Positions 30,119-38,945 of a DNA stretch of 64,000 bases are shown here, piece by piece. A program made the position numbers and the translations under genes. The number at the start of each line of letters is the position of its first letter. Within the stretch, counting starts at the first letter, position 1. The DNA comes from Ignisphaera sp. (GTDB lineage: Archaea; Thermoproteota; Thermoprotei_A; Sulfolobales; Ignisphaeraceae): positions 215,764-279,763 of the forward strand of contig JAWAHS010000001.1 of the NCBI GenBank assembly GCA_038889075.1. Direction: 5' to 3'. The notes below the pieces were generated by a model that was not told the origin of the DNA, did no database searches, and saw only the letters and a program-made list of their open reading frames with translations.

Positions 30119-31702
30119 CTAGCAGTTTAGTATTGTGTCTATAGCCTCTCTATCTACTTCGTGTGGCATAGGTATACCCGTTACCTTAGATGCTATTTCT
30201 GTTAATGCTACAATATCGTTTCTATCTATGATATGTAGGTTGAATTTTCTCATTCCTGCCAAAAGTTGCTGCATGCCAACTCTTAGTCTCTCCATATAAT
30301 TATATACACCTACAGTACCTGGTGATGGATTTCTTCCAATCACGTTTCTGATGTGTATGTAATTTACCAGGAATACATCGGGTGTTAGACCATATTCGTC
30401 TGCTATGATCTTTGGTAGTCTTCCCTCCTGTGCAAGTTTGGAGAAGTATTCAGCCTTCATAGCAGCTGTTATAGGTGCTCTACCCATAACCACAGCCTTT
30501 ACGTATGGACCACTGCCAAAGTTGCTTAAAGCAATAGCTTTAAGTATCTGTGTTTCTTCTATGAAGCCGCCTGCAATAACTATATCTGGCACATGCTTAC
30601 CTTTTCTACTCAATATTTGAATGCATTTAAGAACTATAGCCTCCATGTAAACCGTTGGTATACCCATTTCATCCATCATGGGAACGGGGCTCATACCTGT
30701 TCCACCCCCTGCGCCATCGAATGTAACATAGTCTACCTTAGCCTCAGAAGCGATTTTGAGTGTGTAAGCTATGTCAGCAGGTCTATAGTTGCCAGTTTTA
30801 ATGGAGACTACCTTAGCTCCCTGTTCCCTAAGTCTAGCGACATCCTCTACGAAATCTGTGAGCTTTGGGGATCCGACCCTACTATGTCTTTCAAAACTCT
30901 TTATAGCACCGAGTCTATATGCCTCCTGTATAGCGGGATCCTCCGGATCTGGAAGGATTAGATAACCTCTTTTCTTAAGCTCCATAGCTTTATTAATGTC
31001 TGTAACTCTAATTTCACCACCTATAGCTTTCGCACCTTGACCCCATTTGCGTTCAATGCAGTTCACTTCAAGCTTTGATAGAACATACATATCAACACCC
31101 AGCTTCTGGTCCTCAACATTTGTTTGTACAATAATATCACCGTATTTTCCATCCCAGTACTCTCTATAGATTTTAACCCTCCTCTCCATCTCTCTAGAAT
31201 GCACAATTCTACCATTTGATATAATTGCCTCTAGATCAACACCACATACATTCTCTCCAACAATTATAGCCACACCGGATAGAGCTGCACCAACAGCTAG
31301 GGGCTCCCAAAAAATTCTAGCTACATCAGTAGAACCATAAGCACCCATCATAATGGGAATTCTAAGCTTTATATTGCCTACGCTAGTTTCGGTAGATACA
31401 TTTGGAAACAACATTCTATCGGGATCCTCATCAATACCATAGGCACCTCTAACTGTTGAGAGGAGATTGAAGTGAGACCAATCAATTCCAAAATCCTTTA
31501 CAGCTGCCGCAGTGCTAAATCCAAAATACTTAGGTATTGGATAGAGAGCTTCCCTACCTCTTAAAGCAGCTAAACCTATCTGGCATATTGATGCACATTC
31601 ATAGATACATATAGGGCACATACCACTTGAGGCACTAGCGTCTCTAACTCTTAGTGTAGTACCCGTAGTAGACTTTGCATTCAAATAGCTTGAGTTAAGC
31701 AT
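30119..31702 (-). CDS. Stand-alone FMN-binding glutamate-synthase-family protein with N-terminal Cys cluster
   Basis: SGMCPIC..C...C, GENV, KWGQGAKAIGGE, DGAGGGTGMSP, IAGG, MGRA. Confidence 0.85.
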   Translation of the reverse strand: MLNSSYLNAKSTTGTTLRVRDASASSGMCPICIYECASICQIGLAALRGREALYPIPKYFGFSTAAAVKDFGIDWSHFNLLSTVRGAYGIDEDPDRMLFPNVSTETSVGNIKLRIPIMMGAYGSTDVARIFWEPLAVGAALSGVAIIVGENVCGVDLEAIISNGRIVHSREMERRVKIYREYWDGKYGDIIVQTNVEDQKLGVDMYVLSKLEVNCIERKWGQGAKAIGGEIRVTDINKAMELKKRGYLILPDPEDPAIQEAYRLGAIKSFERHSRVGSPKLTDFVEDVARLREQGAKVVSIKTGNYRPADIAYTLKIASEAKVDYVTFDGAGGGTGMSPVPMMDEMGIPTVYMEAIVLKCIQILSRKGKHVPDIVIAGGFIEETQILKAIALSNFGSGPYVKAVVMGRAPITAAMKAEYFSKLAQEGRLPKIIADEYGLTPDVFLVNYIHIRNVIGRNPSPGTVGVYNYMERLRVGMQQLLAGMRKFNLHIIDRNDIVALTEIASKVTGIPMPHEVDREAIDTILNC

Positions 31703-31816
31703 TGATGTATCGCCTACACGGACAGTGTCTCATAAGACCAGAGGTTTAAATATTTTTAGTTGTATAAAATTGTATAAATATCTATGATTAGTACAAACAT
31801 TTTATAGTTAGGAGGT

Positions 31817-32356
31817 CTACGTGGTAGCTGGGAGATGCAGATGTATGTATAGCAGTACTGCTGCTAAACTTTTCAGATCAATATAATCGCCTCTCAGTGC
31901 CATAGCAATATACTCGCTGGGCTTCATAAAAATTGTTGAAAGAATCTCTCCTTTCTCTGGCTTTTTTCCTACAAATTCTAAATTTCTTGCCAAAAATATC
32001 CACTGTTTCTCATCACTATATCCAGGCGATACGTATACTCTAGCCAGAGGTTTTAGATCTCTAGCTCTATAACCAGTCTCTTCCTCAAGCTCTCTAAGTG
32101 CAGCATCCTGTGGACTTTCCCCATTATCTATCTTTCCAGCAGGTAGCTCTAAAACCCAGCTATCTATAGCTGCCCTCCACTGTCTAACAAAGATAATATC
32201 GTCATTATCTAGTATAGGGAGTATAACAACGGCGTCACCAAAGACTACAAGATCCTTTTCAAAACGATCTTCACCGTACTCTATAATTCTCTTATATAGA
32301 GAGACCCGTTTACCTCTACATAAAAATTCGTCGCCCAAGATCTTAACCTCAGGCAA
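31817..32356 (-). CDS. NUDIX hydrolase (ADP-ribose pyrophosphatase-like)
   Basis: ELPAGKIDNGESPQDAALRELEEETGY Nudix box, SPG. Confidence 0.92.
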   Translation of the reverse strand: MPEVKILGDEFLCRGKRVSLYKRIIEYGEDRFEKDLVVFGDAVVILPILDNDDIIFVRQWRAAIDSWVLELPAGKIDNGESPQDAALRELEEETGYRARDLKPLARVYVSPGYSDEKQWIFLARNLEFVGKKPEKGEILSTIFMKPSEYIAMALRGDYIDLKSLAAVLLYIHLHLPATT

Positions 32357-32509
32357 ATAGCTTCACCACAGTAAACTAGAGAGTAGATGTTTAAAGGTAT
32401 AGTAGTTCAAATATTATCTCCAGAGCAGTTAAGGTTACCCTAGTAACTAGCTTTGCATGTGGTGAAAAAGTTTTTTACTAGTCCTCTAGTCTCAAGCTAT
32501 AGTACAGAT

Positions 32510-32558
32510 ATGATGATGGTTAGATAAACTGAAAAATGATGAGCGGTTTCTGGTCTGA
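32510..32558 (+). ncRNA. Box C/D methylation guide sRNA
   Basis: ATGATGA (C) - 12 nt - CTGA (D') - AAA - ATGATGA (C') - 12 nt - CTGA (D); intergenic, consensus boxes and spacing. Confidence 0.88.
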
Positions 32559-32571
32559 TAAGATAGTATCG

Positions 32572-33975
32572 CTAGCTACTGGTTTCTCCAGACCTTACGA
32601 CAGACTCTACGGTTTTGCATACCTCTCTTAGACACTCCTGGAACTCATCATATGTAATTGCATGTGGATTTGACCCCCGTCTCCAAACGTATATTCTATA
32701 TCTATATCCACCATTTATAGGCTTGGTTAATCTAAACCTTAGCACCACATCTGAAATTGTCGAGAATATGTTGTGCAACTCTTCATTTATATATGATGCT
32801 ATTCGAATAACTAATAAACTCTGTTTTCGGAAGGCATTTAACTGGTTATATAGTATTGGTATAAATGTGCTCTTAGGTTCTACTAATGCTGGTAGTTCAG
32901 CACCGTGGAAGATGATAGCATCTATAGTTGGCGTTCTTCTAATTAGGGCTAGCTCTTCTGAGAATAGTCTATAGATACCATATGCAAATGGGTTATAGCT
33001 TTTCACAATGATATTTTCTCTTATAAATTTCTCTATAGCATCTCTATTTGGTGCTGTACTAAACGTTGTATATGTTCTTCCAAGTATATCGATGACTGTT
33101 TCTGGAGAATATCTATAGCTTACTGCAACGGCCCTTAGATTGTTCACAGCTAATATACCGAGTAGTAGAAGGGTGTAATCGGCAATCCTTGCATGTGCTG
33201 GATGTTCGATATACACTATGTGGCCTTTATGTAGATGTCCCCAGAGTTTTTCTAGAAGCCTACAAGGCAGTCTAAGCTCGATTTCTTGAGGTAGTATCTC
33301 CTCTAATAGTGGAGGCATCCATACCTCCAATCCAACATTCTGAGATATCGAGAATGGTATCTCAGCCAGTGTTATTAGAGCTCCTCTAGCCTTCCTAATT
33401 TCAATAATTCTATTCAATATTCCTCTTACTACCTGGTGCTTGAGAATAAATATCGCATCACTTACAAATTCTACTGAACCAAGCTCAATCTTCTCTTCAC
33501 CATATGGAACTTCAGCTATCAAAATCGTGATGCCATCAATACTTTTAGACATCTCATAGAAATAGTTCTGCAACCACGCCCTCTTAGCATCGTCCTTTAC
33601 AGATTGAAGAAGGGCATTTATAGAATCAATGATCACTATACTAGGTTTATATTCTAATAGAACTCCCGAAATGCTCTCAATACCATTTATATCTAGTACA
33701 ATAGGCAGTTTAATAAATCTCAATAATCCTCTTAATTCAACATCCTCGAGATCTATTCTAAGCCTCTTCATTACTCTGAATAGTTTTTCTTTTGTTTCTT
33801 GGAGGGATATGTAGAGGCATCTATATCCCCTTACAGCATTTGCATAGCATATAGTTGAAGCAAGGGTAGTCTTACCTGAGCCGGGATGGCCAGCAATAAC
33901 AATCATCGAACCGGGATGGAGAACATCACCATAGAATTTATCAAGATCATCGATACCAAATACATATTGGTTCAT
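32572..33975 (-). CDS. KaiC/RadA-like RecA-superfamily ATPase (second domain degenerate)
   Basis: FGIDDLD, GHPGSGKTT, IIDSI, EFVSD, IEIRKARG. Confidence 0.85.
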   Translation of the reverse strand: MNQYVFGIDDLDKFYGDVLHPGSMIVIAGHPGSGKTTLASTICYANAVRGYRCLYISLQETKEKLFRVMKRLRIDLEDVELRGLLRFIKLPIVLDINGIESISGVLLEYKPSIVIIDSINALLQSVKDDAKRAWLQNYFYEMSKSIDGITILIAEVPYGEEKIELGSVEFVSDAIFILKHQVVRGILNRIIEIRKARGALITLAEIPFSISQNVGLEVWMPPLLEEILPQEIELRLPCRLLEKLWGHLHKGHIVYIEHPAHARIADYTLLLLGILAVNNLRAVAVSYRYSPETVIDILGRTYTTFSTAPNRDAIEKFIRENIIVKSYNPFAYGIYRLFSEELALIRRTPTIDAIIFHGAELPALVEPKSTFIPILYNQLNAFRKQSLLVIRIASYINEELHNIFSTISDVVLRFRLTKPINGGYRYRIYVWRRGSNPHAITYDEFQECLREVCKTVESVVRSGETSS

Positions 33976-34128
33976 GGTATAACGTCCTCAGCGTCCTATC
34001 CTACTCATTATGTTATAGAAACTAGAATTTATATATTTAATCTTTTTAAGGGATAGAAGGCTGGATCCTCACCAGATAGACGACCATTGTAAGAAATTAA
34101 AATATGCCACTAACTAGCCCTAATAGTA

Positions 34129-35487
34129 TCAAGTTTCTATTTTTATTCCGTGGTCTTCTACTTCCTTTACAGCTTTTTTATAGAGTTCTAACCACCATTT
34201 CTGTGGTTCTATGGTCTTCATGTTATAGAGTTCTGGAAATGGTTTACCGATATCCGGTTTCTCCATAGAGTGTGGATAGTACTTCTTTAGAAACACCTTG
34301 ACAATCTCATTAGCATCTCCCCTACTAAATCTTGTAGCAGCATATGCAATCTGAGCCATAAACCTAGCCTCCAAACCACTAGCATTAGGATACTTACCAT
34401 TAGTTGCACAAACTCCCAGAGGGTGGGATCCTGTAACCACATTTACTATAGTATTGGCCACTATTTCATGGAATATTGTGTATGATCCTGCACCATTGCT
34501 AGTCCATACATCGCCCATTAGGATGAAGGTATCCCCTATTGCTTGCCCAGCAATATTGAGGAGCCACATCGTCTCCGGTGTTGTTGTACTTACATATTTT
34601 GGGTGTATCGGATGTATTATATGGTAATCTGAAAAGTAAGCCGCTCTTCCAAGTATGAAGGATGCTATGAATCCTATAGCTACTCCTTCGGGACTTCCTA
34701 GAAAGCCCCCTATTACTGGGTCTACAAGCGTTACATTGAATCCTCCATAAGCTTTAAATGTATAGGCCTTAATTAAACGGTCATAATCGGTCTTCAAATC
34801 ATTCAATATTGGTACTAGATGGGCGTCGCTTCTCCTGAGTAACTCTGGTTTTTGAATAGCTAAATCACCAATACATGAAACACTGCTTTCTCCAGCAAGC
34901 AAATGAATTCCAGGTCTTCCTGCAGATAATGCGGCACTCCTTAAATACATCAATTCATGAATAGCTGCAAGTGCTTCAGCTGGTGATCTAGTCCTTACAT
35001 CTATTCCTTTCACTTGGGCTAATCCACCATGATTTATAGTATCAATTAGTAGCTCCTTCATATAGGATAGCGCCATCTCGTAGTAGAACTCTTCTGGGAT
35101 TGGAGCTCCTGCTTGCCCTCCCATTATTATTGGTTTTCTCTGATCCTCTATCTTTCTAGCATATAGTATTCTGGAATCCCTACCTTCACCAACTATAATC
35201 TCCTTAGGACTAGACTTTATAGCATATTTGAGCTCCTCTTCAGAAAACTTTACAACTCTTCTAGCATCAACAACATACATACCAACATCTAAAGCTAGCT
35301 GAAAACCTGCTTCAAATACAGATTTGGCTAGTGAACTATCTACAGAAACTATATAGTCTCTATCAAAAACAATATCAAACTCCTTCACCAACCTCTTCAC
35401 AGTACTATATATCCTCATATCAAACTCTCTCTCCTCCATAAACACTCCTTCCTCAATACGCTGCAAAACACTATACATCGACAGCAT
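34129..35487 (-). CDS. mtmB: Monomethylamine:corrinoid methyltransferase (MtmB) homologue 1, pyrrolysine-free (Leu at the Pyl-equivalent site)
   Basis: AGRPG...E.S.S, LNDLKTD, P.IGGF.G.PEG, P.HPKY.ST, GLEARFM, GKPFPELY match the MtmB pattern; no in-frame TAG; ATG at 35487 preceded by GAGGTGA. Confidence 0.88.
   Translation of the reverse strand: MLSMYSVLQRIEEGVFMEEREFDMRIYSTVKRLVKEFDIVFDRDYIVSVDSSLAKSVFEAGFQLALDVGMYVVDARRVVKFSEEELKYAIKSSPKEIIVGEGRDSRILYARKIEDQRKPIIMGGQAGAPIPEEFYYEMALSYMKELLIDTINHGGLAQVKGIDVRTRSPAEALAAIHELMYLRSAALSAGRPGIHLLAGESSVSCIGDLAIQKPELLRRSDAHLVPILNDLKTDYDRLIKAYTFKAYGGFNVTLVDPVIGGFLGSPEGVAIGFIASFILGRAAYFSDYHIIHPIHPKYVSTTTPETMWLLNIAGQAIGDTFILMGDVWTSNGAGSYTIFHEIVANTIVNVVTGSHPLGVCATNGKYPNASGLEARFMAQIAYAATRFSRGDANEIVKVFLKKYYPHSMEKPDIGKPFPELYNMKTIEPQKWWLELYKKAVKEVEDHGIKIET
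34136..34408. repeat. 273-bp inverted repeat, copy A (3' end of mtmB-1); partner 38645-38917
   Basis: Read-through comparison shows identical sequence in reverse complement. Confidence 0.9.
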
Positions 35488-35494
35488 CGCTATC
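35117..35494. repeat. 378-bp inverted repeat, copy A (5' end of mtmB-1); partner 37559-37936
   Basis: Identical in reverse complement from GATAGCGATGCTG to ATAATGGGAGG. Confidence 0.9.
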
Positions 35495-35518
35495 TTCACC
35501 TCTAATAATTTGATACCA

Positions 35519-36196
35519 CTACTTACTAGCTTTTTTCCTTTCCTCAATTAATTTCTTGGCAACGTTAACCGCCTCCTCAAAATGTTCACCATATCCATCA
35601 GCACCTATCTCCTGGGCCCATTCTCTAGTAACAGCTCCTCCACCAACCATAACAATAAATCTTTCACGAAGTCCTCTTTCTTTTAACATTTTAATTACAT
35701 CCTTGACATAGGGAAGGGAGGTGCTCATCAATGCGGAGATAGCTATTATATCAGCACCCGTTTCAATAGCTTTCTTAACAAAGAGATCTACAGGTACATC
35801 CCTTCCCAGATCGATTACATCAAAACCATGGGCTTTTAGCATCATTGCAACGATGTTTTTTCCAAGGTCATGGATGTCGCCTTGTATGGTTCCAATAACC
35901 ACTTTTCCAATTGTTATTTTCTCCTTCTGTGTTGCTGAAATTAGGGGTTCTATATGTTTTAGTGAAGCTTCAAATGCTTCTGCAGCCATCATGACCTCTG
36001 GGAGAAAGATTTCCAGTTTGGCAAATCTATCTCCAACGTTATTCATAGCTGTTATGAGACAATTATTGATAATATCTAAAGGTGGGTAACCAAGGTCTAT
36101 AAGCTTGGTTGTCAATTTACTAGCATTGTCAGCATTTCCGTTCTCGATGGACTCCATCAATTCTAAACATATTTTATCTGCACTTACACTGTTCAT
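35519..36196 (-). CDS. Cognate corrinoid protein (MtmC/MtbC family)
   Basis: B12-binding cap (FLPEVMMAAEA) plus GDIHDLG (DxHxxG), DLGRDVP, SALM, MVGG, IGADGY. Confidence 0.93.
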   Translation of the reverse strand: MNSVSADKICLELMESIENGNADNASKLTTKLIDLGYPPLDIINNCLITAMNNVGDRFAKLEIFLPEVMMAAEAFEASLKHIEPLISATQKEKITIGKVVIGTIQGDIHDLGKNIVAMMLKAHGFDVIDLGRDVPVDLFVKKAIETGADIIAISALMSTSLPYVKDVIKMLKERGLRERFIVMVGGGAVTREWAQEIGADGYGEHFEEAVNVAKKLIEERKKASK

Positions 36197-36403
36197 CGAA
36201 TGCACCACATATAGCTATTTGCTATAATAGTTCTTTTTAAATTTTACCTTAAATAATATACCCATTTAAGATGCGGTGCCAACGAAGTTGCGATAGATCG
36301 CCTATCTTACAATATTTATGTAAAAAATACCATGTGTGTGTAAACGAGAGTTTATATATACCTATTATATGTATGTAAAATCCAAAATAGATCTACCTTA
36401 GAG
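36197..36403. promoter_or_regulatory. Divergent promoter region for the corrinoid/mtmB-1 and BMP/mtmB-2/ABC units
   Basis: AT-rich intergenic segment between head-to-head genes with TATA-like tracts (TTTAAA near 36237, TTTATATATA near 36351). Confidence 0.5.
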
Positions 36404-37552
36404 GTGATTTATGTGGTTAATATTACTCTCAAACTCGCCTTAACTGCAGTAGTCTTACTAATAGTAGGACTGTTAGCTGGATATGGAATTGGAATGCAAT
36501 CCACTAAGAGCACACAGTTACCCGTAACATACACTACAACACTAACCAATACTATTACTATAACATACACTACAACATCTACAGTGACCATTGCTACCCC
36601 AACAATACCATCTGTAAAAGGACTTAAGGTTGCTGCTATATATGTTACACCCCTTGAAGAGCCGTGGAATACGGTGTTGCATACTGCATTAAGTTGGGCT
36701 AGGGAAAAATATGGTATTGATTATAGATACGTTGAAAAAGTTTCTGAGGCAGATGTTGAAAGTGTTATGAGGAGTTTAATTAATGCAGGTTATAGGGTGA
36801 TATTTGCCCATAGCTGGGGTTATAATGAGGTTACGAGAAAGATAGCTCGTGAATATCCTGATGTATTCTTCTTACAAGGCTCAGGCCCTGTTGATGTTGA
36901 CTGGCCATCCAATGTACTAGTCTACGACTACTATATCCAGGATGCAGCTTTTGTAGCAGGTGCTCTTGCAGGGTTATTAACAAAGAGTAATGTAATAGGA
37001 GTTGTAGCAGCATTTCCTGTTGAAGATGTTAATATACTAGTGAACGCTTTTATAGCAGGTGCCAGATATGTCAATCCAAATGTTAAACCTATTGTAACAT
37101 ATATTGAGAGCTGGTTCGATCCTGTGAAAGGACGTGAAGCAGCTGCAGCTCAAATAGCAGCAGGAGCGGACTTCATATATGCCGAAAGATATGGTGTTTT
37201 TGAAGCATGTTTAGATGCTATGAAATCAGGAAGAACTGTATATGCATTTGGAAATGTAGTTGATCAAAATGAGCTAGCACCAGATGTGGTGCTTGGAAGT
37301 GTTGCATGGGATCTCAAATCCTTTGTCGAATATGTTATAACAAACTATGTTGATGGTAGATTAGAGGGTGGGAAGATAATTATGTGGGGTATGAAAGAGG
37401 AGTGGGCAAAGTTTATATGGAATGAAAAGCTAAAGATTCAAATCCCAGAAGACGTTTTACAGAGAGTTTACGGAATAGAGTACATGATAATCAAGGGCGA
37501 GCTAGAAGTTCCAGTATATAGAGATTGGAATCCAAAGAGATGGGGTATCTAA
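36404..37552 (+). CDS. BMP-family ABC transporter substrate-binding protein (nucleoside/purine-type clade)
   Basis: N-terminal TM anchor and Thr-rich linker; NAFIAGARYVNP, ESWFDP, GADFI, GNVVDQ. Confidence 0.9.
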   Translation: MIYVVNITLKLALTAVVLLIVGLLAGYGIGMQSTKSTQLPVTYTTTLTNTITITYTTTSTVTIATPTIPSVKGLKVAAIYVTPLEEPWNTVLHTALSWAREKYGIDYRYVEKVSEADVESVMRSLINAGYRVIFAHSWGYNEVTRKIAREYPDVFFLQGSGPVDVDWPSNVLVYDYYIQDAAFVAGALAGLLTKSNVIGVVAAFPVEDVNILVNAFIAGARYVNPNVKPIVTYIESWFDPVKGREAAAAQIAAGADFIYAERYGVFEACLDAMKSGRTVYAFGNVVDQNELAPDVVLGSVAWDLKSFVEYVITNYVDGRLEGGKIIMWGMKEEWAKFIWNEKLKIQIPEDVLQRVYGIEYMIIKGELEVPVYRDWNPKRWGI

Positions 37553-37558
37553 GGGCTG

Positions 37559-37936
37559 GATAGCGATGCTGTCGATGTATAGTGTTTTGCAGCGTATTGA
37601 GGAAGGAGTGTTTATGGAGGAGAGAGAGTTTGATATGAGGATATATAGTACTGTGAAGAGGTTGGTGAAGGAGTTTGATATTGTTTTTGATAGAGACTAT
37701 ATAGTTTCTGTAGATAGTTCACTAGCCAAATCTGTATTTGAAGCAGGTTTTCAGCTAGCTTTAGATGTTGGTATGTATGTTGTTGATGCTAGAAGAGTTG
37801 TAAAGTTTTCTGAAGAGGAGCTCAAATATGCTATAAAGTCTAGTCCTAAGGAGATTATAGTTGGTGAAGGTAGGGATTCCAGAATACTATATGCTAGAAA
37901 GATAGAGGATCAGAGAAAACCAATAATAATGGGAGG
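37559..37936. repeat. 378-bp inverted repeat, copy B (5' end of mtmB-2)
   Basis: Identical to the reverse complement of 35117-35494. Confidence 0.9.
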
Positions 37937-38930
37937 ACAGTCTGGTGCACCTATACCCGAGGAATTTTACTACGAGATGGCACTATCCTATGCAATAGAA
38001 TCCTATGTAGATATACTATCCGTCGGAGGGCTTGCAAAGATAAGGGGAATAGATGTAAGGACTAGATCACCAGCCGAGGTTCTAGCAACTTTTCTAGAGC
38101 TATCATATCTTAGAATGGCTATACAAGCAGCAGGAAGACCCGGTATGCCAATTAAGGCCGGGGAAAGCAGTGTTTCAGCGCTAGGGGATCTAGCAATATT
38201 GGGAATGCTTAGAAAGACCGATGCACATCTAGTGGCACTGCTCAATGATTTGAAGACCGATTATGATAGACTAGCAAAAGCATTTGCATTCAAACAGTAT
38301 GGAGGTATAAACATAGCCTTAATAGATCCTGTTATCGGCGGCTTCCTAGGGGGTCCTGAGGGCGTAGTCGTAGGTTTAGTAGCTTCCAACATACTCTCCA
38401 AGATAATCTACATGGCTGATTTCATAATAAATCATCCGATACACCCAAAATATGTAAGTACAACAACACCAGAGACGATGTGGGTTTTGAGTACAATAGG
38501 ACAGACAATGGCCCACAATACCGACTTTATAGTAGTAGGCGATGTATGGACTAGCAATGGTGCAGGATCATACACAATATTCCATGAGATGGTCCCTGTC
38601 ACCATTTCCAATACTGTGTCAGGCCTTCATCTATGCGGCGTCGTTGCAACTAATGGTAAGTATCCTAATGCTAGTGGTTTGGAGGCTAGGTTTATGGCTC
38701 AGATTGCATATGCTGCTACAAGATTTAGTAGGGGAGATGCTAATGAGATTGTCAAGGTGTTTCTAAAGAAGTACTATCCACACTCTATGGAGAAACCGGA
38801 TATCGGTAAACCATTTCCAGAACTCTATAACATGAAGACCATAGAACCACAGAAATGGTGGTTAGAACTCTATAAAAAAGCTGTAAAGGAAGTAGAAGAC
38901 CACGGAATAAAAATAGAGACGTTCGAATAA
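37566..38930 (+). CDS. mtmB: MtmB homologue 2, pyrrolysine-free (Lys/AAG at the Pyl-equivalent site)
   Basis: AGRPGMPIKAGESSVS aligns to methanogen AGRPGMGV-O-GPETSLS; termini identical to paralogue 1. Confidence 0.88.
   Translation: MLSMYSVLQRIEEGVFMEEREFDMRIYSTVKRLVKEFDIVFDRDYIVSVDSSLAKSVFEAGFQLALDVGMYVVDARRVVKFSEEELKYAIKSSPKEIIVGEGRDSRILYARKIEDQRKPIIMGGQSGAPIPEEFYYEMALSYAIESYVDILSVGGLAKIRGIDVRTRSPAEVLATFLELSYLRMAIQAAGRPGMPIKAGESSVSALGDLAILGMLRKTDAHLVALLNDLKTDYDRLAKAFAFKQYGGINIALIDPVIGGFLGGPEGVVVGLVASNILSKIIYMADFIINHPIHPKYVSTTTPETMWVLSTIGQTMAHNTDFIVVGDVWTSNGAGSYTIFHEMVPVTISNTVSGLHLCGVVATNGKYPNASGLEARFMAQIAYAATRFSRGDANEIVKVFLKKYYPHSMEKPDIGKPFPELYNMKTIEPQKWWLELYKKAVKEVEDHGIKIETFE
38645..38917. 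repeat. 273-bp inverted repeat, copy B (3' end of mtmB-2)
   Basis: Identical to the reverse complement of 34136-34408. Confidence 0.9.
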
Positions 38931-38945
38931 GGGTTTTGATTAAAA

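Noticed and set aside
35488-35547. 20-aa N-terminal extension of mtmB-1 in the ORF track
   Set aside because: It overlaps the corrinoid gene; the SD GAGGTGA and identity with mtmB-2 place the start at 35487
34129-38930. Pyrrolysine (amber) readthrough in the mtmB genes
   Set aside because: Both frames are open with sense codons (CTT, AAG) at the Pyl-equivalent site; no pylT or pyl genes are seen in the window
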